DNA of 14,793 nt, taken from a virus. The notes beneath the pieces are model-generated. The model saw only the letters and a list, made by a program, of their open reading frames with translations, made no database searches and was not told where the DNA came from. Made by a program: the position numbers and the translations under genes. The stretch lies in the UHGV virus genome UHGV-0120184; one strand, 5' to 3'. Below, one piece after another: positions 1 through 8,284 of this stretch; position 1 is the first letter of the stretch, and each line of letters begins with the position of its first letter.

Positions 1-404
1 CCATCAGCCCGGAAAAAGCCAGAGAACTCAAAACCGCCGGGATCAACGCCTGGCGGAACAGAATGGAATCAGCCAGTTATATTTTCAGCTTTAATGGCCG
101 TAACTGGGATTATGGAAAGGAAACACAGGATCGCCTTGGCCCATCAGTTATCGCAGCAAAAGAAGGCAATCTCCCGGAGAAGTTTTTCTGGACAGACGCA
201 GACAACAACGACGTCCCCATGACTGCGGAAGAACTGATTGCGCTGAGTGAAGCCGCGCAACAGGCAATGTTCGCGAAGGGAATGGAAATTCATGTGCGCC
301 AGCGCAACATGAAAAAAGAGATTGCAGAACTTCAGGATGCGGAGGCCATTCAGCGTTACGTTGTGGGCTGGCCCACAACGGAAGAACCCGCCACCGAAAG
401 ATGA
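1..404 (+). CDS. Putative tail-fibre assembly/chaperone-like protein, C-terminal part (5' end lies outside the window)
   Basis: Frame 3 is open from position 3 through the stop at 402-404, so the 113-aa ORF in the track is the tail of a longer protein. It sits where the tail-fibre assembly gene lies in P2-like phages, adjacent to the tail genes. An 'NLPEKFFW' segment resembles Tfa-like proteins. The canonical lambda/P2 Tfa C-terminal motif (ATDEE..L..W..YRV.L.RVD) is NOT present, so the assignment is tentative. Confidence 0.35.
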   Translation, partial: ISPEKARELKTAGINAWRNRMESASYIFSFNGRNWDYGKETQDRLGPSVIAAKEGNLPEKFFWTDADNNDVPMTAEELIALSEAAQQAMFAKGMEIHVRQRNMKKEIAELQDAEAIQRYVVGWPTTEEPATER

Positions 405-412
405 ACAGCAAA

Positions 413-441
413 AACGCCCTGACACCAGGGCGTTATTATTT
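413..441. terminator. Bidirectional rho-independent terminator between the converging Tfa-like and gpU genes
   Basis: The stem aacgccctg (413-421) pairs with cagggcgtt (426-434) around a 4-nt loop. It is followed by ATTATTT on the plus strand and TTTTTGCTGTT on the minus strand. Confidence 0.55.
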
Positions 442-913
442 AAACCGGAATGGACAGATTATTCAGGGCACCTTTGACGTTATTCGCAAGATCACCAAGC
501 GACGAGGACTGAAGACGTTCACGCAGATCTTCATCCACACGCTCAAAAGTGACAGTAAACTCAATCTTTCTTGCCCGACCATAGCGATCAAGTTCAGAGC
601 GGGTGGTGTTAAGCCCGGTAATGACATACATCCCGTAAATCTGCCCTACCCCATCAATCAGCGGCCATGGTCGCCCGACGTAAGCCTGGCTGGTCAGTGC
701 GGTCAGGGAGACTTCACCGCCCGTAATTTCCGGGTAGAGCAAACCCGAAAGCGTGATGGTATCGTCACCCGCGCCGATATACTGCCAGCTGGCTGAGCGG
801 TTGATTCGCTCGTTCTTTACATGCCTCCAGTTACGGGACTGTTGTATTTGTTGGTATGGCAGTGTGCTTAACTGAAAAACAAACATGCCGTAAATCATCA
901 TCATAACCATCAC
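440..913 (-). CDS. U: P2 gpU-like tail protein
   Basis: The translation (MMVMMMIYGMFVFQ...GGEVSLT...WPLIDG.G.IYGMYVI...RVDE...) matches my recollection of P2 gpU. The start is GTG at 913 or ATG at 910, lying 2 nt after the TAG stop of the T gene (916-918), which implies translational coupling. Confidence 0.8.
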   Translation of the reverse strand: MMVMMMIYGMFVFQLSTLPYQQIQQSRNWRHVKNERINRSASWQYIGAGDDTITLSGLLYPEITGGEVSLTALTSQAYVGRPWPLIDGVGQIYGMYVITGLNTTRSELDRYGRARKIEFTVTFERVDEDLRERLQSSSLGDLANNVKGALNNLSIPV

Positions 914-915
914 TC

Positions 916-3747
916 CTAATCACGATCGCGGAAACTGTTCATACCGCCGGATTGTCTGCGAATTTCTTCCCGTACCGCCTCCCCCACCATTCTGGCAAGG
1001 TCGCGAGGGTTCTGCGTAACCACGTTGTGAAGGTGAACATGAATATCACCACCGTACACAGGCGGCGGTTCAGGAGAGCGCGAAGGCCCCCGGGGTGTCG
1101 GGGACACCGGATCCCACCGCTTAACCTCCACAGGACGGGAAGAATCCGGGGAAACCGCCGGAGACACAGGCGAAAACGCTGGCATAAGCGGAAGCCCGGG
1201 TGCAACAGTCGGTTCATTCCACTGCCCGCGAACAGCCAGCGCACGGGGGAGATTTTTAAACACGATATCGCCAGGACCGATACGCTTGCGGGCTTCCTGA
1301 AGCATACCCGACGTATTACCCTCGATACCTTTGAGCCTGCGAAGAACGCCACTGGTGCCGTCGTTTATGACAGAAGGCTTGCCACCATTATTACCTTTAT
1401 CATTGCCATCAACTGGCTTAGCGGGCGAGATAATGGCATTAACATCCCCCTGAAGCAGGGAGAGCTTGCCCTGAAGAAGCGAAGCCCGCTGTGCATCCTC
1501 CAGTTTCCGGCGCGCCCTTTCAGCTTCATCAGGCAGCACGCCAAGCTTTTCCAGTACCCAGGCAAGTCCATCCATCAGCGCCTTCAGCGGCGTAAGCGCA
1601 AGCGATATCGCCCCACTAAGTACACGACCGAAGCTTTCTCCCGCAGACGTACACCGTTCAAGAGATTCGTTGCTGGCCTGAACAGGCGTGAGTAACCGGG
1701 TAAACCAGTCAAACACCGTGGACACCGCACCCGACACCAGATCAAACAACGGCGCAAACTGAGCAATACTTTCACGAACAGGCGCAAGGCCAGCCCACAG
1801 CGACCGGAATGTGCCGAGCATGAACGCCTTAACCTGTTCCCAGTGACGCCATATGAGCAGCGCCCCACCGGCAAGAGCAGCAATCACGAGACCAACAGGA
1901 CTGAGAAGACCGGAAAGCACCCCGCCCAGCACAGAAACCGCACCGGAGACCATCCCCCACAGTGCCGGAAGGCCGGACAGGCGAAGAGCAAGACCACCAA
2001 CACCGTTTGTAAGCGAGGATAGCCCGCCACCAAGAAGCGCAGAGCCAAGCTGAAGTTTTGCAAAAATCCCCGTCAGTAACCCACCTCCGACAGACAACGC
2101 ACCAATGGCCGTTGTGGCCGCAAGCACGCCACCCACGGTAAGGGTCAGCGTGCGTACAAGCTGCGGGTTTTCCTGAACCCACGACCTGAAGCGTTCACCC
2201 ACAGAAGCAACAGCCTGTACAAGCTCGCGGATATCATCAGTAACCAGCGACACAACATCACTGCGAATACCGGAGAAAATGCCGGACAGACGATCGGTGT
2301 CGCCGCCGAGGTTGTCACGCAGAACATCCCCCATTCGCCGGGCGGTTCCCTGAACCAGCCCCATACGGTCAGATACCGTTGCAAGCGACCGGAGAAAATC
2401 CGGGATCTGGTCAACAGCCAGATCTTCAATGGGTGTGCCGAACAGCGCTATCGCCGCATTGGCCCGTTCTGCAGGATCCTGAATCTGTAACAGACCTGAC
2501 GCGGTGCGACGCATCGCTTCACGCGCGGCCGCGCCGCCACTGGCGATCGCTGACGACATTCTTTCAGCGTTAAGGCCAATCAGCTCATAGGCTTCAACGC
2601 TGGATTTGGACATATCCGAGCCGCGAATACTGAATTCTTTGACAGCATCGCCGGTTTTATCCAGGGCGAATTTCCCCTGCTGCGCCATGCTGACAAGCAG
2701 CGTCATGGTTTCAGAGCCGGATAGCCCCATATTGCGGAAATGCGTGGAATACTCATGCAGAATTTCAGGAAGTTCGCCGCGCATTTCGGCAGACATTTTC
2801 TGCATCCCTGCCGCCATCAGGTCGACGGCCTCACCTGCATTTGCGGCAAGCCCGTTTTTCAGCATAATGCCAGCAGCCTGAACCTGTTCAGCCACATTAC
2901 CGCCGGTGACCTGAGCAAGATCGATTGCCTGCCGTGTCACCCTTTCCAGTTCTTCAGTCCCTACGGTACCCAGTGCGCCAAGCGTGCTTTGCGCCGCAGC
3001 TGCTGCTTCCGAAATCATCGCGATATCCGTGGCCGCACCTGACGCACGGATGCTCTGAATCATACGGCTGTAGCGCTGGCCGTCTTCTGCGCTGCCGCCA
3101 CTCTGTGCCGCAATGAGCGCACCCTGCCGTTGCTCTTCAACAACAGGTGCAACCGCGCGACCGGCAGCATACAGACCGGCACTGCCAGCCGCCATGGCAA
3201 CAGCACCGCGCTGACTGAGCTTACCGGCAATATCCTGAACACGGTCATAGCGTTGCTGCGCCTGCGTGACGCGTGCAAGCTGGCCCCGCTGGCGTTCGAG
3301 CTGATCGTTGTATTCCTGCGTCCGCCTGATTGCCCTCTCGACCGCACGGTTACTTCCGTCCGCCCGTATACCGTGAGATTCCAGTTCGCGACTGGCTTCG
3401 CTAAGTCGGGATTTGTGGAGGGAATAAACCGTATTAAGGCGATCAATCTTCACAGTCAGCGAGCGTATAGCTTCCTGCTGTTTTTCCGTTAGTGTTGTGC
3501 CTGTACGCTGGGCCTCCTGGAGGCGCTGAAGTCGCGCACGCGCCTCGTTCAGACTGTTTTCAGTCGAGGTCACCTGCTGGCGGGCACGGGAAAACGCATC
3601 ACTGCTTCGCTGGAGTGACTTAAGAGCGTTCTGCGTGGAGGAAAGAGATTCGGAAAGCGCGCCGGTCATTTCCCGGGCGCGCCTGACGGGTTGAGTGAGA
3701 CGGTCGACCGCAGTAAGGGCTACACGTATCTGGAGATTATTACTCAT
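916..3747 (-). CDS. T: Phage tail tape measure protein (P2 gpT-like), ~943 aa
   Basis: A 2.8-kb ORF with Ala/Gly/Leu-rich coiled-coil and hydrophobic segments typical of tape measure proteins. It sits between E/E' and U as in P2. The likely start is ATG at 3745-3747 (MSNNLQIRV...), overlapping the E' stop; the track ORF extends to 3801 but the upstream Met lacks this coupling. Confidence 0.9.
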   Translation of the reverse strand: MSNNLQIRVALTAVDRLTQPVRRAREMTGALSESLSSTQNALKSLQRSSDAFSRARQQVTSTENSLNEARARLQRLQEAQRTGTTLTEKQQEAIRSLTVKIDRLNTVYSLHKSRLSEASRELESHGIRADGSNRAVERAIRRTQEYNDQLERQRGQLARVTQAQQRYDRVQDIAGKLSQRGAVAMAAGSAGLYAAGRAVAPVVEEQRQGALIAAQSGGSAEDGQRYSRMIQSIRASGAATDIAMISEAAAAAQSTLGALGTVGTEELERVTRQAIDLAQVTGGNVAEQVQAAGIMLKNGLAANAGEAVDLMAAGMQKMSAEMRGELPEILHEYSTHFRNMGLSGSETMTLLVSMAQQGKFALDKTGDAVKEFSIRGSDMSKSSVEAYELIGLNAERMSSAIASGGAAAREAMRRTASGLLQIQDPAERANAAIALFGTPIEDLAVDQIPDFLRSLATVSDRMGLVQGTARRMGDVLRDNLGGDTDRLSGIFSGIRSDVVSLVTDDIRELVQAVASVGERFRSWVQENPQLVRTLTLTVGGVLAATTAIGALSVGGGLLTGIFAKLQLGSALLGGGLSSLTNGVGGLALRLSGLPALWGMVSGAVSVLGGVLSGLLSPVGLVIAALAGGALLIWRHWEQVKAFMLGTFRSLWAGLAPVRESIAQFAPLFDLVSGAVSTVFDWFTRLLTPVQASNESLERCTSAGESFGRVLSGAISLALTPLKALMDGLAWVLEKLGVLPDEAERARRKLEDAQRASLLQGKLSLLQGDVNAIISPAKPVDGNDKGNNGGKPSVINDGTSGVLRRLKGIEGNTSGMLQEARKRIGPGDIVFKNLPRALAVRGQWNEPTVAPGLPLMPAFSPVSPAVSPDSSRPVEVKRWDPVSPTPRGPSRSPEPPPVYGGDIHVHLHNVVTQNPRDLARMVGEAVREEIRRQSGGMNSFRDRD

Positions 3748-4275
3748 CGTTATGATTCCCGGTTCTGACGGCCGCCCGTTCTCGCCAGGCAACCAGTTCA
3801 CCGGGAGTCATCACAAAGATTTCAGAGGGCGACCAGTGAAATACAACGGCTATATCAGCGACAATATCTTCAACGTAATCAAAAGCAAGAAGCGTTACGC
3901 GCCGCCCGCCTCCTGCGCCTTCTTCGCTGACGAGGGAAGCAAAAAACCGACTGCCACCTCGTACAGTTTAAAGAAGTCTTCCGGGCACATTGACATAAGT
4001 GCCGCGCGGCTGAGGTGAGGTTCAGTTACGCGTTCCAGAAAAATGGCGGCAGCATCAACATCGGTGTTGAACAGGTCCGTCATGCGGATCCCTCGAAGCG
4101 AGCCCACCTGACGCGCAAGCGCCCCAATCTTCACGCTGGAAACCGTCTTATTACCGCAGACAACAGGAACCCTGAGATTAACCGTGTCATTTGCGATCGC
4201 CTCTGCGTTTTCCGTGTCGCCATTCGTCACAGCATCTGTGTCATTCGTCACGATATTTTCTTCAGTCTGATCCAT
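3740..4275 (-). CDS. E': gpE+E' product of a programmed -1 ribosomal frameshift
   Basis: The slippery heptamer TTTTTTG (minus strand, plus coordinates 3946-3940) matches the conserved P2 E/E' and lambda G/GT signal. The -1 frame downstream is open for ~66 codons (ASLVSEEGAGGGRRVTLLAFDYVEDIVADIAVVFHWSPSEIFVMTPGELVAWRERAAVRTGNHNDE). It ends at TAA 3742-3740, overlapping the T start codon. Confidence 0.7.
3895..4275 (-). CDS. E: Tail assembly chaperone gpE-like
   Basis: It lies immediately upstream of the tape measure gene. An SD GGGAGA sits 6 nt before the ATG at 4275. A T-TTT-TTG slippery heptamer lies near its 3' end (see E+E'). Confidence 0.8.
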   Translation of the reverse strand: MDQTEENIVTNDTDAVTNGDTENAEAIANDTVNLRVPVVCGNKTVSSVKIGALARQVGSLRGIRMTDLFNTDVDAAAIFLERVTEPHLSRAALMSMCPEDFFKLYEVAVGFLLPSSAKKAQEAGGA

Positions 4276-4326
4276 TATTTTTCTCCCGGGGCAACAGGAC
4301 GCCGCCCCTGTTATCAGATTTAACTA

Positions 4327-4839
4327 TCAGCCAAGCCCCAGCATGGAGCGGGTGCGGTCAGGAAGAACATCCTTACCATCAATGCGCCAGATGAAGTTCA
4401 GCACGTCGATTTCAATAACATCGCTGTTATCAACGCTGAGCTTGTACCAGGTGCATTTCATCGCATAGGTATGTTCGGTATCTTCACCCTGTTTGGCCTC
4501 GCCCTTGTCGATTTCGACAATGCGACCACGGGCTTCAATATCGACGTACTCAATCCCTTCTTCGGAATAGTATTCACCCGAGAAGCGAACACGCACGGCA
4601 TCAATACCGGCGGCGTATTTGGCAAAGATGTGACGATCGACGCCACCAACCGCAAAGGAGAGATCCAGTGCACCATCATCAAGACCGAGATCCACCGACG
4701 CAGAGCCTGGCATCCCCGCCCCGCGATACGACTCTGTTTTACGGGTCAGTTTTGGCGGGGTAAAAGACGCCACCTTGCCCAGCTTGTTGTCACCGTCCAC
4801 AAAGACGGTAAACACACGAAGTTTTTTTGGTACGGCCAT
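4327..4839 (-). CDS. FII: Tail tube protein (P2 gpFII-like)
   Basis: The translation (MAVPKKLRVF...LTRK.E.YRGAGM.GSA..DLGLDD.A...GEGKQGEDTE...) matches P2 FII as I recall it. Its ATG overlaps the FI stop in a TAATG junction at 4839-4841. Confidence 0.9.
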   Translation of the reverse strand: MAVPKKLRVFTVFVDGDNKLGKVASFTPPKLTRKTESYRGAGMPGSASVDLGLDDGALDLSFAVGGVDRHIFAKYAAGIDAVRVRFSGEYYSEEGIEYVDIEARGRIVEIDKGEAKQGEDTEHTYAMKCTWYKLSVDNSDVIEIDVLNFIWRIDGKDVLPDRTRSMLGLG

Positions 4840-6032
4840 TAGCTACCTCCAAGAGATGCAAAAGCAGAGCCAAAGAACTCGTCGGTAAACGTCTGATAGA
4901 GTTCCATACACTCCATCGGCGGAACAGGCGTGTATTTGTAGCGAATACGCACAATGCCCTGACGAAGACTGGTTGTGCCGTTGTCGATGATATCGAACCA
5001 GCACTCAGCCCCGATGAGTTTTCCGGCTGTCACCAGTGCATCCAGCTTTGCCTTGATAGCGCTCACGGCATCCTTAGCATTGGCAGGCGTAAGCGGTGAA
5101 TCCACTATCTGAAGTTGCGCCTCCGCAATGGTGTCAGCCAGTTGCTGCGCCGTACGTGTGTACACCTCAAAGATGTACTCCGCAGTTTCCGGCGTACGGT
5201 TACCCCAGAAACGGAAGGAGCCGTCGCCCTGGTGAATAAGAGTGGTCACCTCGCTATTGTTCAGCGTGTTGGCATCGCTGTTTTCATCCTGAAGTGACCA
5301 GGAAACAGACGCTGACACCCCAAGAACATTTTTCACAGGCATGTTAGAAAGGGAGCGATGCCAGCCCTGTTCATGGTCGAGTCGGGCACGAAGACCGCAC
5401 GCATACGCCGCAGCCGGGAAGGTTTCGTTTTTACCGGACACCGGGTTGAACGCAATGAAATCAGGCCACAGAAGCATGATTTCGCGACCGGAAATCTTTT
5501 TACGGAACGCAATAGCATCGGACGGTTTTGTGCAGCCAGGGCAGCCGGAATACGCAAATGCGCGCATTTTTCCGGCAACAGTCACCAGTGCAGCCGTGAC
5601 AGCATCCGATTCAAGGCCCGGAGCGGCAAGAATGCGGGGTCGGTAACCAATACCTTCCATCTGTTCGGCAACCAGAAGCGCCTGCATACCGCTGTAGCTT
5701 CCGTCTTCTTCCGTGGTACCAATGACCAGTTGATCCTGTGTTTTATTCTCAGCCCCCTCTTTTGCCGCCTCCACGCGAACGACAATCACCCGTGTACTGA
5801 CCTGGTCAGATATCGCTTTAAGGGCCTTATAAAGCGTGCCCGCTTTCCCGGCCTTCCCCAGAACAGAAGATACACGGGTAATCAGCACAGGCTTGTTAAG
5901 GGGGAACTGCCCGGTATCCGCATCATCTGCAACGGCAACAATACCAATGACGCTGGAATCAACGTCATTAATGGCCGTCACAAGGTCGGTATTCTCCGTG
6001 ACGCGCACACCGTGAAATCGTTTTTCAGCCAT
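4839..6032 (-). CDS. FI: Contractile tail sheath protein (P2 gpFI-like), ~397 aa
   Basis: The translation (...HGVRVTE...FPLNKPVLIT...KAGKAGTL...) matches P2 FI. The preferred start is ATG at 6030-6032 (MAEKRFHGV), preceded by GGTGA 5 nt upstream. The track ORF starts 4 codons earlier at 6044 but has no SD. Confidence 0.9.
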   Translation of the reverse strand: MAEKRFHGVRVTENTDLVTAINDVDSSVIGIVAVADDADTGQFPLNKPVLITRVSSVLGKAGKAGTLYKALKAISDQVSTRVIVVRVEAAKEGAENKTQDQLVIGTTEEDGSYSGMQALLVAEQMEGIGYRPRILAAPGLESDAVTAALVTVAGKMRAFAYSGCPGCTKPSDAIAFRKKISGREIMLLWPDFIAFNPVSGKNETFPAAAYACGLRARLDHEQGWHRSLSNMPVKNVLGVSASVSWSLQDENSDANTLNNSEVTTLIHQGDGSFRFWGNRTPETAEYIFEVYTRTAQQLADTIAEAQLQIVDSPLTPANAKDAVSAIKAKLDALVTAGKLIGAECWFDIIDNGTTSLRQGIVRIRYKYTPVPPMECMELYQTFTDEFFGSAFASLGGS

Positions 6033-6107
6033 ACGATTCACCATCAGTTGTGTTTATGCTCGCCTGAATAATCCACCATTGGCGCACAGCCCTCACCTGA
6101 TGCGGGC

Positions 6108-6125
6108 TGTGGGGATTTTTTTACA
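6108..6125. promoter_or_regulatory. Ogr/Delta-type activator box (TGT-N12-ACA) in the FI/D divergent intergenic region
   Basis: TGT (6108-6110), then the 12-nt spacer ggggattttttt, then ACA (6123-6125). On the minus strand a -10-like GATTAT (plus 6074-6069) lies ~45 bp from the dyad centre. This places the dyad at about -55 of an FI promoter, as in P2 late promoters. No convincing -10 is seen for a plus-strand (D) promoter. Confidence 0.5.
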
Positions 6126-6185
6126 ACAGAGCCGGACAGAAACGACAAGGTACGCGTGGGATGATACGCACACGGGAGGGATATC

Positions 6186-7331
6186 ATGAGCATCACTGAA
6201 TCAGTAACACATCACATCAACAGCGCACTGGATGCAGCGGAAGATACCGTTAGGGTGCCAGACTTCACTATCACACTGGAAGGGAAAGATGCCAGCCTGA
6301 AGAACATCACGCAGCGCATCATGAGCCTGACCATGACAGACAACAGGGGTTTTGAGGCTGACAGGGTGACACTGGAAATCGACGACGCCGACGGCGGGGT
6401 GGTACTTCCGGAGCGCGGAACACGATTATCGCTGGCGATGGGATGGAAAGGTGAAAGCCTCACTCGCAAGGGGGCGTTTGTGGTGGACGAAGTGAGCCAC
6501 GAAGGTCCGCCGGATAAGCTGACCATATCCGCGAACAGTGCGGATTTTCGCGAAGAGTTTAACGTGAAACGCGAAGTCTCCTGGCATGACGTGACCGTTG
6601 AGCGTGTGGTATCTGCCATCGCGCACCGTTACGGACTGAAAGCACAAATCAGCGAAATGCTGATGAATATCGAAATCGACCATGCAGACCAGACAGAGGA
6701 AAGCGACATCTCGTTCCTCACGCGTATGGCTGACATGCTGGGTGCAATAACCACCGTAAAAAACGGGTGCCTGCTGTTCATTCTGCCGGGTGGCGGTGTG
6801 ACAGCCAGCGGGCGCGCCCTCCCCTCATTCGCCCTGACCCGCTCGGATGGCGACAGTCATCGCTTTCGCATTGCTGACAGAAAAGCCTATACCGGAGTGA
6901 AAGCTTACTGGCTGGATTTAAAGTTCGGCCAGAAGAAGGCCGTGAACGTGAAAAAGCGAAACGCGAAAACCACACAGAAGCCGGAGAAAAGCAGTTCACG
7001 GGAGGGTGGATACATGGAAGGCGCAGAAGGCAATGTGTATGTGCTGAGAAAAACCTACCCGAACGAAGAAGCCGCGCGTCGCGCAGCTGCCGCACGCTGG
7101 CAGCAACTTCAGCGGGGTGCAGCAGAATTCAGCATCACGCTGGCGCGCGGACGCGCCGACCTGTATCCGGAGATGCACGGCACGGTATCCGGGTTCAAGA
7201 GCGACATTGACAATCAGGACTGGATTATTTCGCGCATTGAGCACGTCATCGACGACAGCGGCTTCACCACCAGACTGGAGCTGGAAGCAAAAATCGCAGA
7301 CTGGATAGCAGAGCGCGCCACGACTGGCTAG
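6186..7331 (+). CDS. D: P2 gpD-like tail protein (late control D family)
   Basis: The N-terminal and central regions (MS.T.S......L.....MSLT.TDNRGFEAD...I..DD.DG.V.LP.RG......GW.G.....KG.F.VDE..H.G.PD.L...A.SADFR......R.ESWHD.T...V..IA.R) match P2 gpD closely. An SD GGGAGGG sits 5 nt before the ATG. Confidence 0.9.
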   Translation: MSITESVTHHINSALDAAEDTVRVPDFTITLEGKDASLKNITQRIMSLTMTDNRGFEADRVTLEIDDADGGVVLPERGTRLSLAMGWKGESLTRKGAFVVDEVSHEGPPDKLTISANSADFREEFNVKREVSWHDVTVERVVSAIAHRYGLKAQISEMLMNIEIDHADQTEESDISFLTRMADMLGAITTVKNGCLLFILPGGGVTASGRALPSFALTRSDGDSHRFRIADRKAYTGVKAYWLDLKFGQKKAVNVKKRNAKTTQKPEKSSSREGGYMEGAEGNVYVLRKTYPNEEAARRAAAARWQQLQRGAAEFSITLARGRADLYPEMHGTVSGFKSDIDNQDWIISRIEHVIDDSGFTTRLELEAKIADWIAERATTG

Positions 7332-7372
7332 AATGAGCGCGAGCCCACCCCGTTTCAGCCAGGGGGACCATC

Positions 7373-7675
7373 ATGCATCCTTGCCCATACTGCGGAGCAA
7401 GTACCCGCACCAGAACAAGCCGCGACGCCAACGATACAGGAACAATCAGGGAGAAATATTACCAGTGCAACAACATTGAATGCAGCGCCACCTTTGTGAC
7501 GCACGAGTTTGTCGTGAGAACCGTATGCCGTCCGCAACCCACCGAAGAACGGGGAGTCGTCCCCGCAGACGCTTTCAAATCATGCCACCGGGGAAGGGAT
7601 CAACTCAGCCTCCCCCTGGGCGATTGCGCCTCCCAGTCAAAAACTGTACATTACGCGCGGGTGCCTTTCGGCTGA
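7373..7675 (+). CDS. ogr: Ogr/Delta-family zinc-finger late-gene transcriptional activator (100 aa, longer than the 72-aa P2 Ogr)
   Basis: The N-terminus MHPCPYCGASTRTRTSRD....REKYYQCNNIECSATF matches the Ogr C4 zinc finger (CPxC ... KYYQC..x..C.ATF). It follows D as in P2. Confidence 0.85.
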   Translation: MHPCPYCGASTRTRTSRDANDTGTIREKYYQCNNIECSATFVTHEFVVRTVCRPQPTEERGVVPADAFKSCHRGRDQLSLPLGDCASQSKTVHYARVPFG

Positions 7676-7805
7676 CGGCTGGAAGGATTACCTGAAGGCC
7701 GGATGTGGAAAGGCCCCGGAAAACATCTCTGTTTAGCCGAGGCCCTAATCTACATATCTTTAGCAAGTAGAAGGTTAGCGCCTCTTTGAAAAAGGAGCAA
7801 GCGCT

Positions 7806-7946
7806 ATGCCGCAAAAAACGATCATCGTGAGCATTTTATGCTTAACCATGTTGTTGACCGTCTGGATGATACATCGTTCACCATGTGAATTCAGACTTAA
7901 CATCATGTGGTCAGAATTTGCGGCGTTCTTGCAGTGTAAACCGTAA
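7806..7946 (+). CDS. hok: Hok/Gef-family type I toxin (46 aa; closest to HokA by recall)
   Basis: Translation: MPQKTIIVSILCLTMLLTVWMIHRSPCEFRLNIMWSEFAAFLQCKP. It has the MPQK start, a single transmembrane segment, the conserved C-E-x-R and E(V/F)AAF(L/M) motifs and an AAGGAG RBS 8 nt upstream. It is followed by structured hairpins and a strong terminator, as expected for the stable hok mRNA 3' end. Confidence 0.75.
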   Translation: MPQKTIIVSILCLTMLLTVWMIHRSPCEFRLNIMWSEFAAFLQCKP

Positions 7947-7954
7947 GAAACCGC

Positions 7955-7976
7955 AGCGGGGGTGAAAGCCCCCGCT
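7955..7976 (+). other. GC-rich stem-loop just after the hok stop (candidate fold-back/3' structural element of hok mRNA)
   Basis: agcggggg (7955-7962), loop tgaaa, then gcccccgct (7968-7976). No T-run follows, so this is probably structural rather than a terminator. Confidence 0.4.
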
Positions 7977-8040
7977 ATCCGGTTGCCGAAGGTTCGGTCG
8001 AAAGCCGCACCCGTGCATGCAAGTGACAAAGAAAAAACAA

Positions 8041-8073
8041 AGCCCGCAGCGTAAAAACTGCGGGCTTTTTTAT
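8041..8073 (+). terminator. Rho-independent terminator (likely hok transcript end; A-rich upstream so possibly bidirectional)
   Basis: agcccgcag (8041-8049), loop cgtaaaaa, ctgcgggct (8058-8066), then TTTTTTA. Confidence 0.7.
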
Positions 8074-8110
8074 TCACATACCGAAGGTGTGGTAACTGCC
8101 TGGGTTCAGA

Positions 8111-8137
8111 CCAAAAAAAGCCCCATAAAATGGGGCT
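8111..8137 (-). terminator. Rho-independent terminator for minus-strand transcripts (end of the AT-rich membrane-protein operon)
   Basis: The minus strand reads AGCCCCA-TTTTA-TGGGGCT followed by TTTTTTTGG (plus-strand stem 8119-8125 and 8131-8137, A-run 8113-8119). Confidence 0.6.
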
Positions 8138-8284
8138 GAAGATTCTGTAAGGAATTTCACAGCAATGAGATTCTAGTCTCTTCCAATGATATATGAGTCT
8201 TCAGCCTGAATCAATGGGGCATGACTGTGAATCCACCGACGATCAAAACTTGCACAATGCCTGAAGTTGAGTTAGAAAAGTACC

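Noticed and set aside
401-796. Plus-strand 131-aa ORF overlapping gpU
   Set aside because: It lies antisense to a confidently identified tail gene and starts inside the terminator hairpin. It is most likely a frame artefact.
939-3492. Numerous 60-250-aa ORFs in alternative frames and strands inside the tape-measure gene (e.g. 952..1695 +, 939..1352 -, 1829..2182 -, 3060..3446 -)
   Set aside because: They are fully nested in a long, well-supported CDS with high GC, which routinely generates spurious open frames. None has an RBS or a recognisable product.
6150-6175. An Ogr-dependent promoter serving gene D on the plus strand from the same dyad
   Set aside because: No acceptable -10 hexamer is present at the expected distance (~45 bp) on the plus side, so only the minus-strand (FI) assignment is retained.
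7981-8010. tRNA-like T-arm resemblance (aaGGTTCGgtcgaaagccgcacc) that might mark a tRNA/tmRNA att site
   Set aside because: There is no complete cloverleaf and no acceptor/CCA context. It is better explained as a simple ccgaa-gg-ttcgg hairpin.
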